Below, piece after piece: positions 10,618 through 19,874 of a stretch of DNA of 63,812 bases. Below the pieces are notes generated by a model. That model ran no database searches. It had not been told where the DNA came from and was given only the letters and a program-made list of their open reading frames with translations. How positions within the stretch are numbered: position 1 is the first letter of the stretch; every line of letters begins with the position of its first letter. Source of the stretch: Candidatus Limnocylindrales bacterium (GTDB taxonomy: Bacteria; Acidobacteriota; Terriglobia; Acidiferrales; UBA7541); assembly GCA_035533415.1 (NCBI GenBank), contig DATLTU010000014.1:1-63812 (forward strand). The letters are read 5' to 3'. The position numbers and the translations under genes were made by a program.

Positions 10618-11792
10618 TGTCCCGCCTCCACTCGTTTGCCGTCCAATTCGTGCCCGGCGGGATCCGTCACGATTCGTTCTCCCACGCCCAGTCCGGAGAG
10701 GACTTCGCGGAGCTGGCCGGCCTGCGCGCCGAGCGTCACCAAGCGCAAATGTGCGATGCCCTTGGCGTCCACGGCGTAAACCTCGCGCAGTTGTCCCCGC
10801 TCGAGGAGCGCACTGTTCGGGACAACAATGGCTTCCCGTTTACCGTTCTGGAACAATGCCCTCCCGAACAATCCCGACCGCAACGCGGGATCTCGCGGCA
10901 AATCAATCTTCACCTGGACCGTATGCGACATCGGATTCGCTCCCGGCTCCAGATCCGCCACTTTTCCTGGAAATGTTTTCCCCGGTAAGGCGTCGAGTTC
11001 GACGGGCACCAGAGTGCCGCGATGCACGTTGGACGCAGCTTCCGCGTCCACGTCGGCCTGCAAACGATATTGCGAGGGATCTTCCACTACCAGCAGAGGA
11101 GCGCCTGGCGCGGCCATGGAACCGGGATCGACATAGCGGTGCAGCACAACGCCGTCGAATGGTGCCAGAATACGCGCGTAGCCGGCCACAGTGTCAGATG
11201 CCCGCAATTCTTGCTGAGCCTGCGCGTAAGCCGCCGAGGCCTGCTGCTGATTCGCGCGAGCCTCGGCGAGCGCTGCTTGCGCTCCACTCTGTTTCGCTTG
11301 GACTTCATCAAATTCCTGGGGGCTGACGGATTTTTGTTTGCGCAAGAACACGAAGCGGCCATAGGTTTTCTGGGCCACTTCCGCCTGCGATTGAGCGGCG
11401 GCAACAGCCTGGGCAGCCGCCTCCTGGGCTGCGCGGGCTTGTTCGAGGCCAGCCCGAGCGGCGTTGCGACGCGCCAAACTTTCCTGATCGTCGAGCTGTA
11501 CGAGCAACTGGCCCCGGCGGACGCGGTCTCCTTCGTGTACAGTCACCTCCAGCACCGTGCCCATTACACGCGCAGCCACTTGGGCGCTGCGAACCGCAAT
11601 CACGGTACCGGGCGCTTCCACGTTGTTTGGGATGCTCTGCTGTTGCAGAGTTTCAACGTGCAGACCACTCACTGTTTCAGGCGGTGAGGGCCGTGCAGGC
11701 GCGGACCCGCCGCAACCCGCCAACGCCGCCACAACTATCCAGAGTAACCCCGCACGAACAACGGCGCTTCCCATCCGCACCGTATCTCTCAT
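10614..11792 (-). CDS. RND periplasmic adaptor (membrane fusion protein, HlyD family) lipoprotein
   Basis: The start is trimmed to MRDTVRM (ATG at 11792), giving an ATGA overlap with the TolC-like stop. It has the lipobox 'ALAGCGGS', an Ala/Gln-rich coiled coil and a beta-barrel C-terminus. The track's 495-aa version overlaps the upstream gene by about 310 nt. Confidence 0.85.
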   Translation of the reverse strand: MRDTVRMGSAVVRAGLLWIVVAALAGCGGSAPARPSPPETVSGLHVETLQQQSIPNNVEAPGTVIAVRSAQVAARVMGTVLEVTVHEGDRVRRGQLLVQLDDQESLARRNAARAGLEQARAAQEAAAQAVAAAQSQAEVAQKTYGRFVFLRKQKSVSPQEFDEVQAKQSGAQAALAEARANQQQASAAYAQAQQELRASDTVAGYARILAPFDGVVLHRYVDPGSMAAPGAPLLVVEDPSQYRLQADVDAEAASNVHRGTLVPVELDALPGKTFPGKVADLEPGANPMSHTVQVKIDLPRDPALRSGLFGRALFQNGKREAIVVPNSALLERGQLREVYAVDAKGIAHLRLVTLGAQAGQLREVLSGLGVGERIVTDPAGHELDGKRVEAGQ

Positions 11793-13186
11793 TGCGCTTC
11801 TCCTTCGCGGATGAGTTTCGATCGCGCCGTTAATTCCCCTGCGGCATGCTCCAGCTGCGCGCGCGCCACCTGCCAATCGTGCAAAGCAGCCAGATAGCTG
11901 GTCCGTGCTTCCAGTTGCGCGGTCTGCGCACGCAACAGCTCCGTGATCGTAACCAAACCGGCCTGGTAGCGATTCTGGATGATGCGCAAACTGTCTTGCG
12001 CTTCGCCAACCGCGTCCCGTGCTGCTGCGGCCCGCTGGGCTGCGGCCGCAGTTTCCAGATAGGATTGCCGTACTTGAAGCTCGACGCCGGAACGAAGCCA
12101 ACTGAGTTCATCCTTCGCCTGGCGCTCGCGCGCCACGGTTTCGGCCAGCCTGTAACGGGCAGCGCCGCCAGCGAATAGATTGATGTTTACCTGCGCACCC
12201 GCTGTCCAGTTTGTTCCGGAGGGACCACCCAGCGTTTCGGCGTCGCGTTCGAGATTCGCGAACAAACCTACCTGCGGGCCAAACGCCGCTTTTGCCAGTT
12301 TTCGGTTCGTCGCCGCGGCTTCTCCCCCAAGTTCCGCCGCGCGCAAGAGGGGGCGCTGGGCAAGCCCGGTGCGCTGCCATTCTTCGAGACTTCTCGAACC
12401 TGCAACCGGCTCGCCGAGCGTTGCCGTCGGCTCCGGCATGGCTCCCGGAGGCAGCCCGAGTTCACGGCCAAGAGTGAGTTGCGCCACTTCCAGAGTGTCT
12501 TCCGCGCGAATTTCCCGGTCACTCATTTGTGCGCGGAAGACCTGGGCGCTCAATAAATCGGAGGAGACTACCTGGCCTGCTTGCTGGAGCGAATGGACGC
12601 TTTGCTCGTTCGCTTCGGCCGCATGCAGCGCTTCCTGCGCGGCTTGCAGATCTTCGCGCGCCACGATCACTCCGTAATAGGATTGCGCAACCCGCAGGAT
12701 CAGATCCTGGCGCGCCTGCTCGGTCTGATAATCCGCGGCCGTAGCCAGCTTCCGTGCGCCTTTTTCCTGCAGATACGTCTTGCCGGAATCGAACAGCGTC
12801 ATTTGCGCGTCGAGGCGGGTCTGAAAATTGTCGAGTGGCGCTGGCGTGTTAAGCCCGGCCAGAGCGAAGTTGGCGGCAGTGAAATTCCTCTGAGTCAGCA
12901 AAGTCCCAAACACGTATACGGGGTTGTTGCCGCGCGTAAATCCCTGGCTCGCATCTAGCCGCGGGAACCACGCTGCGCGAGCCTGACCGACGCGCGCCTT
13001 TGCGGCATCCGCCTCGTCCTGCGATGCATGAAGCGCGGGATTGCTCTGCAGCGCCATGGTCACTGCTTGTTCCAGAGTGAGCGATTTCGTCTGGGCGGCC
13101 GCGGATGGCTTTTGACCGCACATCCTGGCGGAAACGGCCAACAGAAAAAACCCAGCAGCAAATCCCCGAAAGGCCATTCTTCTCAT
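11789..13186 (-). CDS. TolC-family outer membrane efflux protein
   Basis: 465 aa with a signal peptide (FFLLAVSARMCGQ) and two OEP-type helical repeats. It is the first gene of the tolC-mfp-rnd operon. Confidence 0.85.
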   Translation of the reverse strand: MRRMAFRGFAAGFFLLAVSARMCGQKPSAAAQTKSLTLEQAVTMALQSNPALHASQDEADAAKARVGQARAAWFPRLDASQGFTRGNNPVYVFGTLLTQRNFTAANFALAGLNTPAPLDNFQTRLDAQMTLFDSGKTYLQEKGARKLATAADYQTEQARQDLILRVAQSYYGVIVAREDLQAAQEALHAAEANEQSVHSLQQAGQVVSSDLLSAQVFRAQMSDREIRAEDTLEVAQLTLGRELGLPPGAMPEPTATLGEPVAGSRSLEEWQRTGLAQRPLLRAAELGGEAAATNRKLAKAAFGPQVGLFANLERDAETLGGPSGTNWTAGAQVNINLFAGGAARYRLAETVARERQAKDELSWLRSGVELQVRQSYLETAAAAQRAAAARDAVGEAQDSLRIIQNRYQAGLVTITELLRAQTAQLEARTSYLAALHDWQVARAQLEHAAGELTARSKLIREGEAQ

Positions 13187-13249
13187 GTGTGTGCTCGCTT
13201 TTCCTCGAAATATTCCCGGCGATAGATATGTGGCGTCGCCTCGGCGTGG

Positions 13250-14107
13250 CTACGATGCTTTCCAGGGCAGGACCAGCACGTTCGAGTCCGCATATCGGAC
13301 GACTCGCTCGGTGGTAGTGCCCAAGGTCGTAAATTCGAAAAATGGCCGGTGCTCGGCACCCAAAACGATCAGATCGACGTCCCGCTCCCGAGCGAGTAAA
13401 ACCACTTGCTCGGCCGCATTTCCCCGGCGGACAACTTCCACCAGATCGCAGTGAGCGCGCATCTCCTCAGGCACCCACTGGCAGAGTCGCTCATGAGTTC
13501 GTTGAAGATCATCGGTCTCCTGTTCCACAGCGTGCATGAGCAAGAGCTTCGCCTTGAAGGCGCTGGCTACGCTGGCCGACAATTCGAGGCCGCGAGAGGC
13601 CAATTTCGTGAAACTGACTGGGCAGAGCACGCTCGAGATTTTCGGCGTCTGCTGATTTGCGCCTGCCTTGACAACCAACGTCGGAATCGCCGTTTCCCTC
13701 ACAACGTTCTCGGCGACGGAGCCCAGCCGCAGCCGCGCCATGCCGCTGCGGCCGTGGCTCCCCATGACAATTAGTTCTGGAGCGTGCTCGGAAGCATGCT
13801 CGAGGATCGCCGCCACGGGATAACCTTCCACCACGGTCGTTGCATACGAAGCCTTCGCGCCAAGCGCTTCGCGAGCTATTCGGCCCAGTTCGTCACGCAG
13901 GGCTGCCAAATGCTCCCGATTCTCTGCGACAAGGGTCTGTATCTGTGCGGCCGTGAAATAGGGCGGCCATTCCTGCCAATCAGCGTGAAGGATTTCCAGT
14001 TTCGCGCCGTAGGTTTCAGCGAACAGTCCAGCCCAGCGGATTACGGCGGGCGTTGCCGGGCTGAGGTCCACTGCACATAGAATACGGCGCGGTGCAAAAA
14101 GTGACAT
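13250..14107 (-). CDS. Tandem universal stress protein (2x UspA domain)
   Basis: 285 aa. Motifs: 'ILCAVDLS', 'MGSHGRSGMARLRLGSVAENV' (G-x2-G-x9-GS ATP motif). The second domain has 'LLMHAV...LGAEHRPFFEFTTLGTTTERV'. Confidence 0.85.
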   Translation of the reverse strand: MSLFAPRRILCAVDLSPATPAVIRWAGLFAETYGAKLEILHADWQEWPPYFTAAQIQTLVAENREHLAALRDELGRIAREALGAKASYATTVVEGYPVAAILEHASEHAPELIVMGSHGRSGMARLRLGSVAENVVRETAIPTLVVKAGANQQTPKISSVLCPVSFTKLASRGLELSASVASAFKAKLLLMHAVEQETDDLQRTHERLCQWVPEEMRAHCDLVEVVRRGNAAEQVVLLARERDVDLIVLGAEHRPFFEFTTLGTTTERVVRYADSNVLVLPWKAS

Positions 14108-14150
14108 TCTGACCCTCCTCTCGGCCCGCCTCAGAACGCATGAGCACGGG

Positions 14151-14166
14151 CGTGACCGGCCTCGAT
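14151..14166. promoter_or_regulatory. Weak CRP/FNR-like site CGTGA-CCGGCC-TCGAT (one core mismatch)
   Basis: Read directly. It lies about 45-60 nt upstream of the USP start at 14107. Confidence 0.2.
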
Positions 14167-14228
14167 ACGATACATATACGCACCAATGATTTCCTGAACT
14201 TGGCCCACTCGCCCCCTAGCGGCGCAAA

Positions 14229-14453
14229 TTATGCCTGTTGTGTTCCGGGCCGTGAATCGTCCGGTTTTCTGCGCATGCCTAATTTCAGGAGAATGTCCTC
14301 CATTAAGCACCACTTCGTAATCCCGGATTGAAACAGGTTGGCCCCGACGAACGCAGTGAGCCAGTACCAATTCCGATCCACCCACGTCCCCAGCGCCAGC
14401 GATGTCAAAATCAGTGTTCCGGCGATAATTCGTATAGCTCGTTCCACGGTCAT
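14229..14453 (-). CDS. DUF2892 (YgaP-like) small membrane protein
   Basis: Start trimmed to MTVERAIRIIAGTLILTSLALG. There are two hydrophobic helices and 'LFQSGITKWC', typical of DUF2892. Confidence 0.6.
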   Translation of the reverse strand: MTVERAIRIIAGTLILTSLALGTWVDRNWYWLTAFVGANLFQSGITKWCLMEDILLKLGMRRKPDDSRPGTQQA

Positions 14454-14500
14454 GGCAGTTGCCCTCCTCTTGCACATCATTCGTTAACCAGCGCCCCTCT

Positions 14501-14812
14501 TCATTGCGCGTGAGCATTTCTGTTACATAATGAATGCGATTGGAGCGGATTCGTTACAGACCACTCCGCCGTGCGGCGTGGCTTACTCACCGCTTGGCTC
14601 GCAACTAGCGTGCGTTTCAAATGTACATCTGTCGTCCCCTGGGCAATTTTCGCGCGTAGAGCTGTATCTACGAGCTCCATTGCCGCATACGTCTTTGCCG
14701 CGAATTCGGCGAACGCCGCCTCGATATTTTGCCGCTGGGAATGCGTCTTCCACGCGGGGACTTGGAGCGCAGGATGCGCTTGTTTCGGTCGTAGGAAAGT
14801 CTCCGATTTCAT
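14501..14812 (-). CDS. Hypothetical protein (103 aa, helical, no recognised family)
   Basis: The ORF is co-directional with and 48 nt upstream of the DUF2892 gene, and a CRP-like site lies about 95 nt upstream. No motif was recognised. Confidence 0.3.
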   Translation of the reverse strand: MKSETFLRPKQAHPALQVPAWKTHSQRQNIEAAFAEFAAKTYAAMELVDTALRAKIAQGTTDVHLKRTLVASQAVSKPRRTAEWSVTNPLQSHSLCNRNAHAQ

Positions 14813-14899
14813 CGGCCATCTCCGTGACTGAACAGCCAGTCAACGAGATCAGTATGCGTGCAGAATGTTTCATGCGTTGTGCGGAGGAACACATTTGTT

Positions 14900-14915
14900 G
14901 GTGACCACGGTCACT
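14900..14915. promoter_or_regulatory. CRP/FNR-like palindrome GGTGA-CCACGG-TCACT
   Basis: Read directly. The core GTGACCACGGTCAC is identical to the site at 32008-32021. Confidence 0.4.
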
Positions 14916-15286
14916 AAAGGCGCCGTAAACTGTTTTCAATCCCAGTGCCGTTATTATTCTCTTGAGTGAACAGGACGCATCGCTCTACGCTGTTCGCCGG
15001 TAGGGACCTCGGCAGCCAAGGCGGTCCTTAACCCGCGTGATTCTCGTCACAGATTTCGCCGGCCAAAGCAGATGTTAATCAGGGTGCGTTTTGCTGCAGA
15101 TGCTAGCCGCCGAAAGAAACATGTAAATGCCCAACTCGGGCGGCACATAAGGCAAGCGACCCGTGCCAGGGTCGCATCTTCGATGGCGCCGACAAGACCG
15201 ATTTCGCCAAACGAACCAAACCATGAACAAATTCGCCAACACGTCCTGGATCAGATGGAACGCCAAGGAGAATTAGCAAAAATAAT

Positions 15287-16375
15287 ATGGCCAAGGCGCA
15301 AAGCACTCCCCGGCTTTCTTTCTTGGACCGATTTCTGACGCTATGGATTTTCGCGGCGATGGTCGGGGGCGTCGCGGCGGGCTACCTGGCGCCGGGAATC
15401 GTCCCCTTTCTGAACCGCTTCAACGTCGGGACCACCTCTATCCCGATTGCGATCGGACTCATCCTGATGATGTATCCGCCGCTCGCCAAGGTGAAGTACG
15501 AAGAACTGGGACGCGTGTTCAGTCACCGTAAGGTGCTGGCCTTATCGCTGATTCAGAATTGGGTCATCGGCCCGGTGCTCATGTTCGCGCTGGCAATTCT
15601 TTTTCTCCGAGACAAGCCGGAGTACATGACGGGACTGATATTGATAGGCCTCGCGCGGTGCATTGCCATGGTGATCGTCTGGAATGACCTGGCCCGGGGC
15701 GATCGTGAGTACGCCGCGGGCCTCGTGGCGCTAAACTCGATTTTTCAAGTTCTGTTTTTCTCCGTCTATGCGTACTTCTTCCTCGCCGTGTTGCCGCGAT
15801 GGTTAGGGATGACGGCAATCCGCGTGAACATCTCGATTCGCGACATCGCAGGGAGCGTTTTCATTTATCTTGGCATTCCGTTCCTCGCAGGTTTTCTAAC
15901 CCGGTTCGTGCTCTTTCGCGTGAAGGGCAAGCAGTGGTATCAGACCCGCTTCATCCCAAAAATCAGCCCGATTACCCTGATCGCACTGCTTTTTACCATC
16001 GTGGTGATGTTCTCGCTCAAGGGACAAATGATCGTTCGCTTGCCGCTCGACGTCATTCGAATCGCCATCCCGCTGACCATTTACTTCGTCGTGATGTTTT
16101 TTGTTTCTTTCTGGATCAGCGCGCGCGTGGGTGCAACCTACGCGGAATCCGCGACGCTTTCTTTTACTGCCGCGTCGAACAACTTTGAACTGGCGATCGC
16201 CGTGGCCATCGCGACCTTCGGAATTAATAGCGGGGCGGCCTTCGCTGCCGTGATTGGACCGCTCGTGGAGGTGCCCGTCCTGATCTCTCTGGTTAACGTC
16301 GCCCTGTGGATCAATAAGCACTACTTCGGCGGCCGATTTGAGACGGTGACCGTTTGTCCTAAGCCCGATGCTTGA
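15287..16375 (+). CDS. acr3: ACR3-family arsenite efflux transporter
   Basis: 362 aa. The N-terminus '[24 protein letters not shown]', '[19 protein letters not shown]' and 10 TM segments are characteristic of ACR3/ArsB (BART superfamily). Confidence 0.85.
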   Translation: MAKAQSTPRLSFLDRFLTLWIFAAMVGGVAAGYLAPGIVPFLNRFNVGTTSIPIAIGLILMMYPPLAKVKYEELGRVFSHRKVLALSLIQNWVIGPVLMFALAILFLRDKPEYMTGLILIGLARCIAMVIVWNDLARGDREYAAGLVALNSIFQVLFFSVYAYFFLAVLPRWLGMTAIRVNISIRDIAGSVFIYLGIPFLAGFLTRFVLFRVKGKQWYQTRFIPKISPITLIALLFTIVVMFSLKGQMIVRLPLDVIRIAIPLTIYFVVMFFVSFWISARVGATYAESATLSFTAASNNFELAIAVAIATFGINSGAAFAAVIGPLVEVPVLISLVNVALWINKHYFGGRFETVTVCPKPDA

Positions 16376-16557
16376 TGGGGACGGCACTCTGCCCACCCGA
16401 TTTTGGTGACACCGATGGAGCGATGAGCGAGGTCGCGGTACGAAATGTTTGGATTGTGCATGGAATGGCTCTGCCTCCCAAGATCGTCGCCGTTTCCGGT
16501 GCAACCGCAAATGGCCGGGGCCATTTGCGGTCAAAGACGCTTAGACCCCATGTAATT

Positions 16558-16573
16558 TGTGACCTGCGTCACA
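16558..16573. promoter_or_regulatory. Perfect CRP/FNR-type palindrome TGTGA-CCTGCG-TCACA
   Basis: Read directly. It is centred about 111 nt upstream of the ATG at 16677. Confidence 0.55.
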
Positions 16574-16676
16574 TGGTTTAGTGATCCGTTACCTTGCTGG
16601 CCGTACCTCATTCATTCAAAATGTCTAGCAGTATGACAAACATGATAAATTGTTATCGATAAGGGAGGTTATCATC

Positions 16677-17438
16677 ATGATGCAAAAGCGAAAGATACGA
16701 GGAGGACCAGCCGCCTTAGCTGCGGTGCTGGCCGCCTTTTCTGCGATTGTCTGGTTTGCGCCGCCCGTGGTGCATGCGGCGTCACCCCAAGCAGGATCCG
16801 TAGCGGGATATACGGTGCAGCAGGCTGCGGGCGGTACAATTTCCGGGAAAATTCTCTATAGCGGGAAGCCCGTGCGGCCGAAGAAAGTTACCGTGACGCA
16901 AGATAGAGGAACCTGCGGAAACATGAAGGAAATCTACCCTGTGCAAGTTGAGCAGGGCGGCGTAGCCAATGCAGTCGTCTGGCTTGACGACGCGACGCAC
17001 GGGAAAGCCTTCGCGTTCCCCGCGCCGGTCATTGATCAGAAGGGCTGCATGTTCATGCCGGACATCCTGCTGATGAAGCCCGGTGAGTTGAAGGTCTTGA
17101 ACAGCGACAAGGTCGCGCACAACATCCATGTCTATGCGAAGTCCAACCGCGGCTTCAATCAGGTCATGCCTCCGGGATCTGCTCCGCTGGAAATCCCGCT
17201 GTACCGCCCAGACACCGTGATCGTTCGCTGCGACGTTCATACCTGGATGCAGGGTAACGTCATCGTGGCGAAGAACCCGTACTACGTGCTGAGCGGGAGC
17301 GGCGGCAGCTTCACTCTCACCGACGTGCCTCCCGGCACGTACCATCTGAAGGTGTGGCAGAGCGCTATCGGCACACAGGAAAAGACCGTCACGGTACAAG
17401 CCGGTAAGACAGCAAGTGTAAATTTCACGCTCAAGTAA
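16677..17438 (+). CDS. Secreted cupredoxin (type-1 copper-like) domain nested in a CarboxypepD_reg-like fold, paralog 1
   Basis: RBS AAGGGAGG lies 8 nt upstream, and there is a signal peptide. 'MFMPDILLMKPGELKVLNSDKVAHNIHV' parallels the plastocyanin 'F.P....v..G..v.f.N.....HN' pattern. 'RCDVHTWMQG' is a C-x2-H-x2-M copper loop (amicyanin-like). The C-terminal 'GSFTLTDVPPGTYHLKVW...VTVQAGKTASVNFTL' is CarboxypepD_reg-like. Confidence 0.75.
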   Translation: MMQKRKIRGGPAALAAVLAAFSAIVWFAPPVVHAASPQAGSVAGYTVQQAAGGTISGKILYSGKPVRPKKVTVTQDRGTCGNMKEIYPVQVEQGGVANAVVWLDDATHGKAFAFPAPVIDQKGCMFMPDILLMKPGELKVLNSDKVAHNIHVYAKSNRGFNQVMPPGSAPLEIPLYRPDTVIVRCDVHTWMQGNVIVAKNPYYVLSGSGGSFTLTDVPPGTYHLKVWQSAIGTQEKTVTVQAGKTASVNFTLK

Positions 17439-17490
17439 CCCTTCCGGTGCAAGAACGGAAGAACCAATCGTTCGGATCGAGGCCGTCACA

Positions 17491-18861
17491 ATGAATCGGT
17501 GGAATAAAAAGGTTGACTGGGTCTACCTCGTGCTGTTCACGGGCACGGCTGCGTTTTTTGTGCTGATTTTTCCTGCTCACAAAGCGCAAGCCGTGCCCAG
17601 TTTTGCCCGCCAGACGGGCCTGGCTTGCAGCTCTTGCCACACGAATCCTCCGGAGCTCACGCCGCTCGGCCGGACGTTCAAACTGAATGGCTACTCGATG
17701 ACCGGAATTAAAGTCATCACCTCGCCACCGGAAAAAGAAAAAGCCGGCCTGACCCTTCTCTCGAATCTTCCGCTTGCGGTTTTGTTCGAGGTTTCGAACA
17801 CGGGAACGAATCGTCCGCAGCCGGGCACGCAAAACTGGAATTTTTCTCTTCCTCAGGATGTTTCCCTGTTTCTCGCGGGTGCCTATGCGACCCACTTGGG
17901 TGGCTTCGTGCAGGCCACCTATCATTCGCAAAACGATCATTTCAGCTGGGACAATACCGACATTCGCTACGCCAGGAACCGCTTGGTCAAAGGCAAAACT
18001 CTCGTCTACGGAATTGACTTGAATAACAATCCTACCGTCGAGGACCTGTGGAACGACACGCCCGCCTGGGGTTTCCCGTGGATCGCATCCGCATCCACGA
18101 CGACGCCCGCGGCTGTGCCCATCATCGACGGCCCACTCGGCCAGGATGTCGCTGGCATCGGCGGCTACGCCATGTGGAATGACCACCTCTACGGCGCGGC
18201 TACGATTTATCGCTCGTCCCATTTGGGACAGCCGCTGCCGAATCCCGGCACGAATTTCGATTTCAACATTCAGGGCGCGGCGCCGTACTGGCGCGCCGCC
18301 TGGCAGCAAACCATGGGCAACAGTTATTTGGAGTTCGGAACCTACGGCATGCACATGCGATCCACGCCGGGGGTCGTCATCGGGCCGGAAAATACGTATA
18401 CCGATTTTGCCCTGGATTCGCAATTCGAGCGTGTTCTTCCGAAAATCCACGACAACCTAATCAGTTTGCACGGGACCTACATCCGCGAAAACTCGAATTT
18501 GAATGCAGCCTTCGATTCGAACGGCGCGAGTTTCATTCCGCACCATTTGAATGCGTTTCAGGTGAACGCCGTGTACCATTTCGGGTATCGCTACGCTCCC
18601 GCGTTCGGATATTTCGTCACTACGGGAAACGCCGATCCGCTGTTATACGCGCCCGCGCCGCTGACGGGCAGCGCGAACGGCAGCCCGAATAGCAAGGGTT
18701 ACATCTTGAATTTCACCTACTGGCCGGTGCAGAACGTGCGTCTGGCGATGCAGTACACCGGCTATACGCAGTTCAATGGCGCGGGCACAAACTATGACGG
18801 CTCAGGGCGCAACGCCGGCGATAATAGCTCGCTGTATCTTTATTTGGGTTTGATCTTTTAG
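17491..18861 (+). CDS. Fused monoheme cytochrome c - outer-membrane beta-barrel (Cyc2-like architecture)
   Basis: 456 aa with a signal peptide ending 'AHKAQA'. A single CSSCH lies 13 residues into the mature chain ('VPSFARQTGLACSSCHT'). The remaining ~400 aa are Gly/Tyr/Asn/Thr-rich with alternating hydrophobicity. The C-terminus 'SLYLYLGLIF' has the terminal Phe typical of OMPs. Confidence 0.65.
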   Translation: MNRWNKKVDWVYLVLFTGTAAFFVLIFPAHKAQAVPSFARQTGLACSSCHTNPPELTPLGRTFKLNGYSMTGIKVITSPPEKEKAGLTLLSNLPLAVLFEVSNTGTNRPQPGTQNWNFSLPQDVSLFLAGAYATHLGGFVQATYHSQNDHFSWDNTDIRYARNRLVKGKTLVYGIDLNNNPTVEDLWNDTPAWGFPWIASASTTTPAAVPIIDGPLGQDVAGIGGYAMWNDHLYGAATIYRSSHLGQPLPNPGTNFDFNIQGAAPYWRAAWQQTMGNSYLEFGTYGMHMRSTPGVVIGPENTYTDFALDSQFERVLPKIHDNLISLHGTYIRENSNLNAAFDSNGASFIPHHLNAFQVNAVYHFGYRYAPAFGYFVTTGNADPLLYAPAPLTGSANGSPNSKGYILNFTYWPVQNVRLAMQYTGYTQFNGAGTNYDGSGRNAGDNSSLYLYLGLIF

Positions 18862-18968
18862 ATTCCCGTTTGAATTCATCGGGTGCCGTGATCTTCAAAA
18901 TCCAAACCCACGGCGAGCCCTCGGATCGAACGCTCGGGCCTGGGATTTGAGAAAGGCGGCTTGCGGAA

Positions 18969-19748
18969 ATGATGCCAAAACACGGAGAAATCAAAATGCG
19001 GGCGCGCGCGGTGGCTTTTGATCTGGCAATCTTGGGAGTTGCGGCGGCCCTGTCCGTAGGTACCGCAATGGCAGCTCATCGTCGAGCCTCGGCTGCCGAT
19101 TCACCTGCCACGGGCCAGATCACGGGCAAAATCTACTTCAAGGGAGTCAAGCCGAAGCTGGCGCGGATCAATATGGGCAAGGATCCCGTATGCGTGTCGG
19201 AGCATTCGGGAACCGTGTACGCGCAGGACGGCGCGGTGAACAGCGACGGAACCCTCCCCAACGCGTTCGTCTACATCAAGCAGGGCAGCGTAAATCTGGC
19301 GCGGCCCGCACCGCGCAACTCGGTGGATCTAACGCAAAAAGGTTGCATGTACGAGCCCCACGTTCTCGGCATCATGGTGGGCCAGCCGCTTCAGGTTCTT
19401 ACCCTGGATCCCACGACTCATAACATCCATGTAGTCGCAAAAATCAATCGTGAATGGAATGTCACGCAGCAGCCGGGTTCACCCTCCGCCATTCGCCGGT
19501 TCACGCATCCGGAGGTCATGATTCCGGTGCATTGCAACGAACATCCGTGGATGAAGGCGTACATCGGAGTGGTCGATAATCCCTTCTACGCAGTCACCGG
19601 CGGCGGCGGAAGTTTTGCCCTCAAGGATGTGCCGCCGGGCGACTACACCTTGGCGGTGTGGACCGCAACCTTCGGAACGCAGGAACAGAAGGTCGTCGTG
19701 CGGCCCGGCGAAATAGCAACCGTCAGCTTCACGTTTGTGAGCCGCTAA
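18969..19748 (+). CDS. Secreted cupredoxin / CarboxypepD_reg fusion, paralog 2
   Basis: 259 aa. Motifs: 'QKGCMYEPHVLGIMVGQPLQVLTLDPTTHNIHV', 'HCNEHPWMKAY' (C-x2-H-x2-M), 'GSFALKDVPPGDYTLAVW'. The start could instead be the ATG at 18996. Confidence 0.75.
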   Translation: MMPKHGEIKMRARAVAFDLAILGVAAALSVGTAMAAHRRASAADSPATGQITGKIYFKGVKPKLARINMGKDPVCVSEHSGTVYAQDGAVNSDGTLPNAFVYIKQGSVNLARPAPRNSVDLTQKGCMYEPHVLGIMVGQPLQVLTLDPTTHNIHVVAKINREWNVTQQPGSPSAIRRFTHPEVMIPVHCNEHPWMKAYIGVVDNPFYAVTGGGGSFALKDVPPGDYTLAVWTATFGTQEQKVVVRPGEIATVSFTFVSR

Positions 19749-19874
19749 CACGCATGAGTGCCAGCTTAATCGCGGGCACATCGCTTGCCCCGCCCATCTG
19801 GTCAATGCCGCGAAGGCGCTAGCCCGATGCTTGGCTCCGCCGTTTCCGGGGCAACCAGCGGCGGCGAGTCAAAT

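Noticed and set aside
11793-12101. A 103-aa N-terminal extension of the membrane fusion protein, as given in the ORF track.
   Set aside because: It would overlap the TolC-like gene by about 310 nt. The internal ATG at 11792 gives an ATGA stop/start overlap and a proper lipoprotein signal peptide.
7414-13186. Reading the TolC-MFP-RND operon as a CzcCBA heavy-metal exporter because it sits next to two P-type ATPases.
   Set aside because: RND TM4 reads [13 protein letters not shown] (HAE1/AcrB type), not the HME DFG-DGA-VEN motif. Its substrates are more likely organic or amphiphilic.
14583-14939. A possible ArsR/SmtB-type regulator ('ARILISLTGCSVTEMADEIG' looks like an HTH) upstream of acr3, perhaps frameshifted into 14501..14812.
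   Set aside because: After the putative first helix, no frame gives the recognition-helix pattern (..S.HL..L...GL) or the wing. The rest of the ORF is low-complexity. The resemblance is too short to support a call.
17431-18450. Long antisense ORFs opposite well-supported genes: this 339-aa ORF, plus 40413..41621, 41401..42483, 46329..47366, 29044..29955, 32532..33356 and 49366..50208.
   Set aside because: They are Arg/Ala/Gly/Pro-rich with no motifs. They fully overlap genes with strong family signatures on the other strand, which is typical of shadow ORFs in GC-rich DNA.
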